This document shows, one piece after another, positions 10,050 to 19,279 of a stretch of DNA of 64,000 bases. Source of the stretch: Candidatus Nanopelagicales bacterium (GTDB lineage Bacteria > Actinomycetota > Actinomycetes > Nanopelagicales > Nanopelagicaceae); NCBI GenBank assembly GCA_041311505.1, contig JBFYJI010000003.1, forward strand, positions 1,710 through 65,709, read 5' to 3'. The notes beneath the pieces were generated by a model, which saw only the letters and a program-made list of their open reading frames with translations, did not search any database and was not told the origin of the DNA. Position numbers and translations under genes: made by a program. Every line of letters starts with the position of its first letter. Position 1 is the first letter of the stretch.

Positions 10050-10217
10050 TTAGCTCTTTTTGAAGAGCTTGCTCAAGAAACCTGGCTCTTTTGGATCATT
10101 CTGGTGACCCTGGCAGCGCTGTGCTTTAGGAACGCCTTTGAGGGCGATCTCAATGTGGTTTCCACATCCTGCCCATGTAGCTTTTCCGCACTTACGGCAT
10201 GTTGTCTTATGGCACAT
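10050..10217 (-). CDS. 55-aa Cys-rich miniprotein (MC-x4-CxxC-x-K-x-TWxGCGxH family)
   Basis: MCHKTTCRKCGKATWAGCGNHI...; paralog of 14202-14318; same strand as the operon. Confidence 0.8.
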   Translation of the reverse strand: MCHKTTCRKCGKATWAGCGNHIEIALKGVPKAQRCQGHQNDPKEPGFLSKLFKKS

Positions 10218-10246
10218 CTTCTTCTCTTTTCTATTGGTTTTAACTT

Positions 10247-11872
10247 CTATTGAAATGCTGGTGAATGTGAATAGGTGAGATATCCACCGTCGAGGTTTGT
10301 TGCATCGAAGCCAAGTTCTTTCAGCAACATCGTTGCAGTGTGGCCGCGCTGGCCCACCTGGCAATTAACGAGGATTGGCTCCTTCTTAATCTCAGAGATT
10401 CGATTGCGAATCTCATCGACAGGAATATTGATTGCACCTGGGATTGTTCCTCGTGAGTATTCACTCGGTGTGCGAACATCGATCAGCTGATATCCCTTTT
10501 CGCGGAGTTCTTGAGTCTCATTCCATTGCGCGGTCTTCAGGAGACCACTCATCATGTTCTCTGCAATATAACCGAGCATATTTACGGGATCCTTCGCAGA
10601 TCCAAATGGAGGAGCATATGCAAGTTCAAGATCTGCCAACTCTGGCGCGGTGATACCACCACGCATTGCAGTTGCAATGACATCGATTCGCTTATCGACG
10701 CCATCAATACCCACTCCTTGACCACCGAGGATTTCACCAGTCTTTGGATCAAAGATGAGCTTGAGTGCAATCTGCTTGGCATCAGGGTAGTAACCAGCAT
10801 GGTTATTAGGGTGGGTGTGAATCACCATTAGGTCACGGCCTGCTGCCTTAAGGCGCTTCTCGTTCCAGCCTGTCGCTGCAATCATGAGATCAAATACCTT
10901 CACAATGGCAGTACCGATTGTCTTAATCGGGCGAGTTGTTCGGCCGGCAATATGGTCTGCAACTACACGTCCATGTCGATTGGCGAGATTTGCAAGAGGA
11001 ACAAGCGTTGCAGAACCATCGAGTGCGTCAGTCTTCTCTGCTGCATCACCCACTGCATAGATATCAAGGTTGCTGGTCCGATTGAAATCATCAACCTGGA
11101 TTCCGCCGCGCTCGCCGATGGTCAGTCCTGCTTCCTTCGCAAGAGAGGTATCTGGACGTACACCGATTGCCATAATGACGAGCTCAGCATCAAGTGCTGT
11201 CCCGTCGCTGAGAATCACAGATGTTTCTGTTACTTCTTTCGCGCTGACTCCAAGATGAAGCGAAATTCCATTCTTGCGCATCTCCTTAGCGACGAGCGTT
11301 GCCATCTCAGGATCGAGAGGTGCAAGAACTTGAGGGGCAGCTTCAACAACAGTAGTAGGTACTGCTTTATGGATTAAGTTCTCGGCGATCTCAACTCCGA
11401 TAAATCCGCCACCGATAACAACTGCGCTCTTTGGTTTTGCATTGACTTTGGAGGCAATCTTCTCGACATCCTCCACAGTGCGAAGGGTGAGAGCTCTTTC
11501 AATTCCAGGAATTGGAGGGACTACAGGAGAAGCGCCCGGGCTGAGGATCAGCTTGTCGTAGGAAAGGGTGTACTCCTCCCCCTTCTTCCAATCCTTCACA
11601 GTGACAGTCTTTGCCGCAGGGTCGATAGAAATTACTTCCGTTAAAACTCGAACGTCCAGAGAGAATCGCGCGTGGAGAGATGCAGGAGTCTGAAGTAAAA
11701 GTGCATCTTCTTCTTCAATGACGCCACCGACATAGTAAGGAAGTCCGCAGTTTGCATAGCTGACGTGGCCGCTCTTCTCAAGGACGATGATCTCTGCATC
11801 GGCATCGAGTCTTCTCATACGAGTTGCAGCAGACATGCCGCCTGCTACACCTCCAATAATGACTACGCGCAT
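10247..11872 (-). CDS. CoA-disulfide/persulfide reductase with C-terminal rhodanese domain
   Basis: GGVAGG, SYANCGLPY redox Cys, YAPPF and a C-terminal NCQVGQRG rhodanese loop. Confidence 0.92.
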   Translation of the reverse strand: MRVVIIGGVAGGMSAATRMRRLDADAEIIVLEKSGHVSYANCGLPYYVGGVIEEEDALLLQTPASLHARFSLDVRVLTEVISIDPAAKTVTVKDWKKGEEYTLSYDKLILSPGASPVVPPIPGIERALTLRTVEDVEKIASKVNAKPKSAVVIGGGFIGVEIAENLIHKAVPTTVVEAAPQVLAPLDPEMATLVAKEMRKNGISLHLGVSAKEVTETSVILSDGTALDAELVIMAIGVRPDTSLAKEAGLTIGERGGIQVDDFNRTSNLDIYAVGDAAEKTDALDGSATLVPLANLANRHGRVVADHIAGRTTRPIKTIGTAIVKVFDLMIAATGWNEKRLKAAGRDLMVIHTHPNNHAGYYPDAKQIALKLIFDPKTGEILGGQGVGIDGVDKRIDVIATAMRGGITAPELADLELAYAPPFGSAKDPVNMLGYIAENMMSGLLKTAQWNETQELREKGYQLIDVRTPSEYSRGTIPGAINIPVDEIRNRISEIKKEPILVNCQVGQRGHTATMLLKELGFDATNLDGGYLTYSHSPAFQ

Positions 11873-11874
11873 AA

Positions 11875-12258
11875 TTACTGTGTCACCAATGGAAGGCCAG
11901 CCGCCTGCCATACCTGGATTCCACCATCAAGGTTGAAGAGCGATGTAAAGCCTGCATCTGCCATCTTTCCCACTGCAATACCTGAGCGGCGTCCGCTATG
12001 GCAGTAGACAGCGTATGTCTTGCTCTTATCAAGCTTGGCAATATCTCCATCAAATGTCATGCCCTCAACATCGATATTGATCGCACCTTCGATATGGCCA
12101 GAGTAGAACTCACCAGCTGAGCGAACATCGAGAATAACCACGCCAGCTTCTTTCGTTTTTGCCTGAAACTCAGTTGCACCGAGGTTGGTAGCAGCACTTG
12201 AACCACATGAGGTAAGTGCAAGGGTGGATGCAAATAGAACTGCAATTAATCTCTTCAT
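11875..12258 (-). CDS. Rhodanese-domain lipoprotein
   Basis: LALTSC lipobox; LDVRS...GHIEGA; YCHSGRRS active-site loop. Confidence 0.9.
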   Translation of the reverse strand: MKRLIAVLFASTLALTSCGSSAATNLGATEFQAKTKEAGVVILDVRSAGEFYSGHIEGAINIDVEGMTFDGDIAKLDKSKTYAVYCHSGRRSGIAVGKMADAGFTSLFNLDGGIQVWQAAGLPLVTQ

Positions 12259-12276
12259 TATCCTTTTCTCTCTACT

Positions 12277-12567
12277 TTAGGCAAGGCTCAAGAAGAGCTT
12301 CTGGAGCTTCTCTTGTACCGCTTGATTGTTATTCTTGTTATCAACAATGCACTCTTTAAGGCTGGTTGAAATGAGGGTAAAAGCTGCTGTATTGACTGCC
12401 TTATTGACGGCAGCCATCTGAGTGACAATCTCATCGCAATTGCGTCCATCTTCAAGCATGCGAATTACCGCAGCAAGTTGTCCGTGTGCCCTCTTCAATC
12501 TCTTGGAGATTGCTTCGAGTTGTTCGGCATCTTGCAATACGTGGGTGGGTTCTTTCTTTGTTGCCAC
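12277..12567 (-). CDS. CsoR/RcnR-family repressor, CstR-like (probably persulfide-sensing)
   Basis: RLKRAHGQ...C-DEIVTQMAAV...SLKEC; the Cu-ligand His of CsoR is replaced by Ser; GTG start at 12567. Confidence 0.85.
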   Translation of the reverse strand: MATKKEPTHVLQDAEQLEAISKRLKRAHGQLAAVIRMLEDGRNCDEIVTQMAAVNKAVNTAAFTLISTSLKECIVDNKNNNQAVQEKLQKLFLSLA

Positions 12568-12569
12568 TG

Positions 12570-12713
12570 TTAATGATCCCCTTTGAAAATCATCGCAACC
12601 ATTTTGAGGTTGAGGGCTATAAATCTCCACAACTGCATAAAGATGTTCTTGCGCATCTTGAGAGTCTTCTTGATGGGACGCGGTGCGCCAGAGAGGTCAG
12701 CAAAGTTATCCAT
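12570..12713 (-). CDS. 47-aa basic, amphipathic small protein downstream of SQR (absent from the ORF track)
   Basis: AGGAGA SD; MDNFADLSGAPRPIKKTLKMRKNIFMQLWRFIALNLKMVAMIFKGDH; fills the SQR-repressor gap. Confidence 0.7.
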   Translation of the reverse strand: MDNFADLSGAPRPIKKTLKMRKNIFMQLWRFIALNLKMVAMIFKGDH

Positions 12714-12722
12714 TGTCTTCTC

Positions 12723-14180
12723 CTATTCTGGAATCAAGAACCAGAGCGGTCTTGCCTTCGCCTTGTAGATGAACATGATGTGGAGCATGTACTTAATCCA
12801 GTGCCCCGCCAATCCGATCTCCCCAAAAGTGTCCTTGGAAGAGCGGCCCACACCGGGGAATCTCTCGTAATCGGGAACAACTGGATACATCGTCATCGCA
12901 GCTGCGGATCCATTCGTGAAACCCGCACCAGCAGATGCCACACATGCAGCGCCCATATTGGCCATTGATGCTTCATGAACTTTCGCCTTTGCCCCACGCT
13001 TAATCTGATCGATGATTGTGAGTGCAGCTGTCTTGCCCATAACGCCTGAAGGCATTCCTGTTCGAGGTGGAGATGGAGCGATGAGAGTTCCTGTCGCACT
13101 TGTACGTGGTTTGGAAATTTGATGAGGTGGCGCAAATGCGATTCCAACTGCGAAGACATTTGGAAAGGCAGGGACCTGATAGGTCGTTGGCCAATCTTCT
13201 GCTCGCCACTCTTCATATGGCTTTGGAGTGTAGTTAGCGTCGACCTTCATAAATCCGCTAGGAGCAAATATTTCACTTGAAATATCCTCGCCCGCCTTAT
13301 TGAAAGCCTTGAGATCTGCACCCCGAAATGGTGGCAAGAGCATCGCAAAGTCAAAGGTGAGAGTGCGCTTTACTCCATCAAGCTGTTCGTAGTGAATGAG
13401 GCCTGGTTCAACCTTTGATACATGGGATTGAAGGATTGCTTTTACTCCGCGCTCTAGGAATAGAGATTCAGTCCATAATTTCGAGTTAGTTTCAAAGCCG
13501 CGCTGCGCGAAAGACATTCCACCAACACCAAAATCTCCGAGCTCATATTCATTGGTGAGATAGATGACCTCAGCAAGATCGCGCACTCCTGCTTGGACTA
13601 ATTCATGCTCGACATTGAAGGTGTATTCAAATGCAGCACCTTCACATGTGCATGTACCGTGGCCGACGCCAATGACGAGGCGCTGCTTCTCTCCAGCCTT
13701 GAGCTTTGCAATAACTTCCTTGAACTTTTCAGCAGCCTCTAGCGCATGGCCAGCGGTGCATACCGAGACAGTGTGTCCATCAGGTCCAAGACCTTCAGTT
13801 GCTGCGAAATTGAGCTTTGGTCCAGTTGCATTGATGAGATAGTCGTACTCAATCTTTCCTTCTTGACCAGCCTTCTCAGGAGACGTGTATTTAATTGTTA
13901 CGTAGCCTCTGGAGTGATCCTTATCGCCCTCTGGGTGAATTGAAGTACCTAGAGCTTGGTGGAACTCGATTCCTTTGCGCTTATAGATCGGCGCCAATGG
14001 GAATGTCACCTGTTCTGCGCTCATCTTGCCGACACCCACCCAGATATTGGAAGGAATCCAATTCCATTTGGAGTTGGGCGTCACCATGACAACTTCATGG
14101 CCTTTTCCAAGCGAGCGACGCAGATGAAGCGCAGCCGTGTGACCCGATATACCTGCTCCTAAGATGACTACGCGCGCCAT
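12723..14180 (-). CDS. sqr: Sulfide:quinone oxidoreductase
   Basis: GAGISG FAD motif, IPSNIWVGVG, CTCEGAAFE, PRTG and C-terminal ACVAS cysteine; persulfide-gene context. Confidence 0.82.
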   Translation of the reverse strand: MARVVILGAGISGHTAALHLRRSLGKGHEVVMVTPNSKWNWIPSNIWVGVGKMSAEQVTFPLAPIYKRKGIEFHQALGTSIHPEGDKDHSRGYVTIKYTSPEKAGQEGKIEYDYLINATGPKLNFAATEGLGPDGHTVSVCTAGHALEAAEKFKEVIAKLKAGEKQRLVIGVGHGTCTCEGAAFEYTFNVEHELVQAGVRDLAEVIYLTNEYELGDFGVGGMSFAQRGFETNSKLWTESLFLERGVKAILQSHVSKVEPGLIHYEQLDGVKRTLTFDFAMLLPPFRGADLKAFNKAGEDISSEIFAPSGFMKVDANYTPKPYEEWRAEDWPTTYQVPAFPNVFAVGIAFAPPHQISKPRTSATGTLIAPSPPRTGMPSGVMGKTAALTIIDQIKRGAKAKVHEASMANMGAACVASAGAGFTNGSAAAMTMYPVVPDYERFPGVGRSSKDTFGEIGLAGHWIKYMLHIMFIYKAKARPLWFLIPE

Positions 14181-14201
14181 TGCACTCTCCGCCTTAGGCC
14201 T

Positions 14202-14318
14202 TTAGTTGCACTTACAGATCTGGTCGTCTGAAAGGCCGCGAAGGGCATCATCAATATGACCGCCACATCCTGACCAGGTGTACTTCTTACAACGATCGCA
14301 AACTACGCGTGAACACAT
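14202..14318 (-). CDS. 38-aa Cys-rich miniprotein (absent from the ORF track)
   Basis: MCSRVVCDRCKKYTWSGCGGHIDDALRGLSDDQICKCN; AAGGGG SD-like element; first ORF after the operator. Confidence 0.8.
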   Translation of the reverse strand: MCSRVVCDRCKKYTWSGCGGHIDDALRGLSDDQICKCN

Positions 14319-14341
14319 TTGAAATCCCCTTTAAATAGTAA

Positions 14342-14371
14342 TTTACCTATACCCCTAGGGGTATAGGTAAA
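14342..14371. promoter_or_regulatory. CsoR/CstR-family operator
   Basis: Perfect 30-bp palindrome TTTACCTATACCCCTAGGGGTATAGGTAAA with the ATACC/GGTAT core and C/G tracts typical of this family. Confidence 0.85.
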
Positions 14372-14400
14372 ACTGTAGCAGAGGGTTTCAGCTTTGGCTA

Positions 14401-15456
14401 CTAGCCTCCCTCGACCTGGTCGTTAAGCGCTGGGGCTGTGTAATCGAGGGTATCTGCAATGATTTCGAGGTTAGAGACGATTGATAAGCCCTTCACAATC
14501 TGGGCTTGCTCTACCTTCTCATTGTTTTCGACGAGGATTCTTGTCAGGGTATTAAGAGCGTCCCGAAGATCTTCTGTAGGGCTCTTCTTCGCACCCACGA
14601 TCTCCTCAGGATCTTCTATATGTGCTGTGAGCGCATAGCTGGCTGCAGAGAGTGCAACCGCCATCTCCTTCCGTGCAATCTCAGCTACGCCCCGATCGAT
14701 CGATGTATCAAAGAGGGTGCGAGAGATGACTCGTATCTGAACAAGGGTATGTTCAATGGCCAAACTATCCAGAGATGCCTTCTCAGCCTCTTCTCGCTGA
14801 TTAATCCTGATCCAGCGAGAGTAGCCCTTTGCTTCGCTAGTCTGCATACGAAGTTCGGGAAGTTTGCGAACAAGTGCTCGGGCACGAGCGAGCCAATGTG
14901 CTGCTTCACTCTCTTGTAAACCGGAGGCTACGCCCTCAGACATCTCCGCCAAGATCTGTGCACCCTGCATACCTAGTTGGTTGAGAAAATCATATGTGCG
15001 GTCAATGGGAGTCTTGGGATGGGAGAAGTAGGAGAAGACAATTCCTGTGAGCGCACCAATGAGAGTTGCAGAAAGTCTTGCTGCAACAGTGCTTTCAGAG
15101 AGTCCAGGACCAATAATGATCATGGCTACCACTGGGACATTGACTGAGGCGATACTTCCCAACTTTAAGAGAGCGGCAAGTATTGAACAGATAAGAATTG
15201 TGAGACCAATAGAGAGGAAGCCAAGCCCCAAGAAGTGCACATTGACTGTTGCAACGATTGCACCAATAAAGTTACCGATAATCTGGCCAGCACCTTCACG
15301 CAGTGATCGATGGAGGCTGATGCGGATGGTGAGCGTGGCAACAATTGCCGCAACTATCCCGCCTCTTCCCCCAAGCTGATTACCGATAAGCCAGGCGGTT
15401 GCTCCAGCAAGGCTTGCGACAGCTATCTGTCGATACCAGAGCAGATCCCTAAACAT
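14401..15456 (-). CDS. FUSC/aromatic acid exporter-family membrane protein
   Basis: N-terminal multi-TM region (RLSATLIG) followed by a helical cytoplasmic domain. Confidence 0.7.
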   Translation of the reverse strand: MFRDLLWYRQIAVASLAGATAWLIGNQLGGRGGIVAAIVATLTIRISLHRSLREGAGQIIGNFIGAIVATVNVHFLGLGFLSIGLTILICSILAALLKLGSIASVNVPVVAMIIIGPGLSESTVAARLSATLIGALTGIVFSYFSHPKTPIDRTYDFLNQLGMQGAQILAEMSEGVASGLQESEAAHWLARARALVRKLPELRMQTSEAKGYSRWIRINQREEAEKASLDSLAIEHTLVQIRVISRTLFDTSIDRGVAEIARKEMAVALSAASYALTAHIEDPEEIVGAKKSPTEDLRDALNTLTRILVENNEKVEQAQIVKGLSIVSNLEIIADTLDYTAPALNDQVEGG

Positions 15457-15869
15457 TACTTTTCTTCAAGAACAAGTGATACAGAGTTAATGCACCAGCG
15501 CTGATCTGTTGGGACGTCATATCCCTCACCCTCAAAGACATGGCCGAGGTGAGAGTCACATTTAGCGCAACGCACCTCTGTGCGGATTCGAGGCGCCATT
15601 GATCGATCTTCAAGGAGGCGAACAGAATCTTCTGCAGTCGGTGCATAGAAAGAAGGCCAGCCGCATCCTGAGTGAAACTTTGTCTCTGAGCGAAAGAGTT
15701 CATTGCCGCAGGCCTTACAACGGTAAGAGCCGATCGTCTCTGTGTCGGTGTATTCGCCCGTAAATGCTCGCTCGGTTGCGCCCTTACGAAGCACCTCGTA
15801 TGAGAGTGGGTCGAGCTTTGATGCAAGCTCTTCCTCATTGAGATTGGCTGGGTTTGAAATCTTCTCCAT
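15456..15869 (-). CDS. msrB: Peptide methionine-R-sulfoxide reductase
   Basis: TERAFTG, CKAC, SGCGWPSF, HLGHVF and RWCINS motifs. Confidence 0.96.
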   Translation of the reverse strand: MEKISNPANLNEEELASKLDPLSYEVLRKGATERAFTGEYTDTETIGSYRCKACGNELFRSETKFHSGCGWPSFYAPTAEDSVRLLEDRSMAPRIRTEVRCAKCDSHLGHVFEGEGYDVPTDQRWCINSVSLVLEEK

Positions 15870-15898
15870 GCCCTAACTTTAGAGCTAAACTCTCAAAT

Positions 15899-16324
15899 AT
15901 GAGTTGGCAAGCACCAAGCGATAGTGATGTGAAGGCTCTTTTAGAGAGATCTACCAATGTGGCCATTATTGGCATATCTAATAAGCCTGACCGCGCCAGC
16001 TACCAGGTAGCAAAGTGGCTCCAAGAGAATTCACACTTCACTCTCTACTTTGTTAACCCTGCCATTGATGAAGTTCTCGGAGCTAAGACATTTCCATCGC
16101 TCTCCGAGATTCCAGATCAAATCGATATTGTCGATGTTTTCCGTAAAACCGAAGATTGCCCACCAGTTCTAGAGAAGGCAATCTCTGCCAAAGCAAAGGC
16201 CATCTGGCTTCAGTTAGGTATTGCCAATCAAGAGGTTGCAGAGAAGGCAACATCTCTTGGAATGGATGTTGTGATGGATCGCTGCATCAAGATTGATTAC
16301 GCAAGATTAATTAAAGGCCAGTGA
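15899..16324 (+). CDS. CoA-binding protein (YccU-like)
   Basis: AIIGISNKPDRAS, DIVDVFR, WLQLGI and VMDRCI motifs. Confidence 0.9.
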   Translation: MSWQAPSDSDVKALLERSTNVAIIGISNKPDRASYQVAKWLQENSHFTLYFVNPAIDEVLGAKTFPSLSEIPDQIDIVDVFRKTEDCPPVLEKAISAKAKAIWLQLGIANQEVAEKATSLGMDVVMDRCIKIDYARLIKGQ

Positions 16325-17303
16325 CCTTTACCGCAGCGAGTGCAACGCCAGCGACAATTACCCATGCAATCATGCCCATCGCCATTGGGCGTGGACCGAT
16401 TGCTCTAATCGCCTTCCAACGCACTCCCGAGCCGAGAGCTACGAGACCAGCACCTAAGAGCAACTTACTCGTAAAGACGATATCTGCTAGAAGTCGCGCA
16501 TTAATCTCAACAAGGTTATGGAACGTTGCCACTGCAATAAATCCAAGTACAAAGTATGGAATTAAAGGAACCTTTGCTCCTGCAACTTCGCTCTTTCCTT
16601 GCGATGTCAGCCACTTACGGTGACGGATTGAGAGAATCAAGACAATAGGCGCCAAGAGGCAGACTCGAGCAAGCTTTACGACGATTGCATACTTATCTGC
16701 GCCATCGCCCCACACAGATGCTGTTGCAACAACTTGGCCCACATCATGTACAGCAGCTCCTGCCCATGATCCGAATTCGCGGGTATCGAGGTTGAAGATA
16801 TGGCCAAGAAATGGGAGCAAGAAGATGGAGAGAGTGCCGCAGAGCGAGATAAGACCGATTGCATAGGAGGTCTCTTCTTCAGTTGCACGAGTCTGAGGCC
16901 TAATAGCTGCAACTGCTGTTGCACCACAGACACCAAAACCAACGCCGATAAGAAGACCGAGATCTCCCGACATCTTAAAGAGTTTGGAGAGTCCGAGAAT
17001 GCCGAAGATCGTAAAGCTCACCACTATTGCAACGGTGATGACGCCTTTCAGACCGATCTCTTTGAGCGATGCAACGCTTACTTGTGCGCCAAGTAGTGCA
17101 ACACCGATACGCATCAGAGTCTTGCTTGAGAGCTTGGTGGCGGGCGCTGCAAAGGCTGGCCATTGGATGAGGTTAGCTACGAGAAATCCAAAGGCAACAC
17201 AGAGCGCAAGAGGGCTAATAGCTGATTGAAAATGGTTGATCTCAAATGCAATGGCAACTAAAACTGCAATAAGGGCAAAACCAGGTGCATAGCTCTTAAC
17301 CAT
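16311..17303 (-). CDS. Putative sulfate/sulfite exporter (YeiH/SuyZ, PSE family)
   Basis: GVCGATAVAA, GAAVHDVGQV and KLARV motifs; last gene of the suyAB unit. Confidence 0.85.
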   Translation of the reverse strand: MVKSYAPGFALIAVLVAIAFEINHFQSAISPLALCVAFGFLVANLIQWPAFAAPATKLSSKTLMRIGVALLGAQVSVASLKEIGLKGVITVAIVVSFTIFGILGLSKLFKMSGDLGLLIGVGFGVCGATAVAAIRPQTRATEEETSYAIGLISLCGTLSIFLLPFLGHIFNLDTREFGSWAGAAVHDVGQVVATASVWGDGADKYAIVVKLARVCLLAPIVLILSIRHRKWLTSQGKSEVAGAKVPLIPYFVLGFIAVATFHNLVEINARLLADIVFTSKLLLGAGLVALGSGVRWKAIRAIGPRPMAMGMIAWVIVAGVALAAVKVTGL

Positions 17304-18290
17304 TTAGATTCCTAACTGTGCAGCAACTGCATCGGTGAATGTGATCGTATCTTCACGGTTGAGTTTTCCGGGATTAACTCGGTTTGATCCTGGGAGGCGT
17401 CCACCGGCACCTTTTACCTCGCTCGCAAAATCTGCAAGGCGGCTGTTATCGCCATCTACCGAAAGCTTTGAGGCATCGATGGCGATGACAAAGTGGGCAA
17501 TCTCTTGTGGTGCTGAATCTTGATCGTGATTGAACATATCTGGAATGTTCTTGGAGAGAGTTGGGCCGATAAGAACACCGGTGAGCGATTCAACGAGAAC
17601 AGCGAGGGCATATCCCTTTGCGCCACCGAGTGGAGCCAACATTCCTGCAAGCGCTTCCTTAGCATCGACTGTTGGGGCACCATCTTTTGTAAATGCCCAG
17701 CCTGGTTCGAGCTCTGCACCTGCCTGCGCCTTTGCCTGAATCTTTCCGCGGGCAACAGCACTGGTTGCAAGATCGACAACTGTTGGTGGCGTAGTTGGAA
17801 TACCCGCAGCAAGTGGTGATGTGGAGAGAAGTGGCTTATTGCCTCCTGTTGGAGGCATCACAGCTGGACCTGTACTAAAGGCGATACCCACTAATCCTTG
17901 ATCAATCATGGGCCAGACATAAATACCGAGTGCCCCGCAATGAGAAGAGCGACCCACACCAACAGCTGCGATGCCATTGATCTTTGCTCGCTCTGCTGCA
18001 AGAAGTGATGCGTGCTGAATCTGCCAATGACCTAAACCATCGTCGCCATCAAAGATCACCAAGCCGGGAAGATCGGTGACAATCTTGAGCTCTGCTGCAG
18101 GATTGATTCCGCCAGCTTTGAGGCGATCGAGATAGAAGGGAAGGCGCATCAGCCCATGGCTGCCAATCCCCCAGCGATCACTTGCAACAATTGCACGTGC
18201 GCTGACGGCAGCTTTCTCAGAGTTCATTCCAGCAGCGACTAGAAGTTCGGTCGCTTTATCTATTGCAGCCCCGACAGTTAGCTCTGCCAT
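17304..18290 (-). CDS. LDH2/MDH2-family dehydrogenase, ComC-like (R)-sulfolactate dehydrogenase
   Basis: GSHGLMRL, HCGALG, DLATS and GGAKGYALA motifs; substrate inferred from context. Confidence 0.75.
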   Translation of the reverse strand: MAELTVGAAIDKATELLVAAGMNSEKAAVSARAIVASDRWGIGSHGLMRLPFYLDRLKAGGINPAAELKIVTDLPGLVIFDGDDGLGHWQIQHASLLAAERAKINGIAAVGVGRSSHCGALGIYVWPMIDQGLVGIAFSTGPAVMPPTGGNKPLLSTSPLAAGIPTTPPTVVDLATSAVARGKIQAKAQAGAELEPGWAFTKDGAPTVDAKEALAGMLAPLGGAKGYALAVLVESLTGVLIGPTLSKNIPDMFNHDQDSAPQEIAHFVIAIDASKLSVDGDNSRLADFASEVKGAGGRLPGSNRVNPGKLNREDTITFTDAVAAQLGI

Positions 18291-19246
18291 TAGCGAATGC
18301 TCTCCTTAATAGAACCAACTGCATTGACTGCTGCCTTACCGGTAAGCATTAACTCGATATTGTGAGTCAAGATTTCATTGATGCGTAGTTGGCTCTCTGA
18401 GGTAATGCCGGCGACATGGGGAGCAAGCACGACATTAGGAAGTGTCTCTAACTCTCCCACTGTAGGTGGCTCTTGCGCGCGCACATCGAGAGCGGCTCCA
18501 GAGATGGTCTTTGCTTTCAGTGCAGCGATGAGATCTGCTTCATTGATGACCTCACCTCTTCCGACATTGACGATGATTGAAGTGGGCTTCATCAAGGCGA
18601 GGGTCGAGGCGTTAATAGTGTTATTGGTCTGAGGTGTAGATGGCATATGAATACTGATGACATCGGCGCCCTTGAGGACATCCTCGAGAGAGCGCATGCT
18701 CATATTGAGCCCTGGAAGTCGTGGGTCATCAGCCTTTACAAATGGGTCATATCCCAAGACCGTGCAATTAAATCCTTGAATGAGGCGGGCGGTAGCCATA
18801 CCTGTTGCGCCACATCCTAAGAGGCCCCATGTGAGACCTGAGAGCTCGCGACCAGGCGTGCGGATCCACTTTCCTTCGCGAGTTGCAACATCATGTGTGG
18901 GGATATTGCGCAGAAGTGCAAGCGCCAATCCCAGAGTCAATTCTCCAACGCTTACTGCATTGGCGCCGAGACCTGCAACAACAACTACGCCTGCAGCATC
19001 TGCAGCTTTAATATCGATATTGTCGAGACCCACGCCAGCGCGAGCAATCACTTTGAGGTGTGGCGCTGCAGCGATGATCTCGGCTGTGACCTGTGTTCGA
19101 TTGCGAACGACAAGTGCCTGGGCATCCTTAATCTTCTCTTTAAGAAGCTCTGGGTTATTCCAGAGATCATCTTCACGAAGAATGGGGAAGCTCCTTCCCA
19201 ACTTCTCGAAAGGAGCTCCCCATACATCTTCAGATATAAGTATCAC
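18290..19246 (-). CDS. D-2-hydroxyacid dehydrogenase, SlcC-like (S)-sulfolactate dehydrogenase
   Basis: ALVVRNRTQV, RAGVGLDNID, NVGRG and PHVAG motifs; no ACT domain; lies between suyB and the ComC-like gene. Confidence 0.75.
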   Translation of the reverse strand: MILISEDVWGAPFEKLGRSFPILREDDLWNNPELLKEKIKDAQALVVRNRTQVTAEIIAAAPHLKVIARAGVGLDNIDIKAADAAGVVVVAGLGANAVSVGELTLGLALALLRNIPTHDVATREGKWIRTPGRELSGLTWGLLGCGATGMATARLIQGFNCTVLGYDPFVKADDPRLPGLNMSMRSLEDVLKGADVISIHMPSTPQTNNTINASTLALMKPTSIIVNVGRGEVINEADLIAALKAKTISGAALDVRAQEPPTVGELETLPNVVLAPHVAGITSESQLRINEILTHNIELMLTGKAAVNAVGSIKESIR

Positions 19247-19279
19247 GAAGTTATTTATCTTTTCTTCTCGTTAACCGAA

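Noticed and set aside
12277-12567. Copper-sensing CsoR
   Set aside because: The His ligand is missing, no copA/copZ is nearby, and the neighbours are persulfide genes
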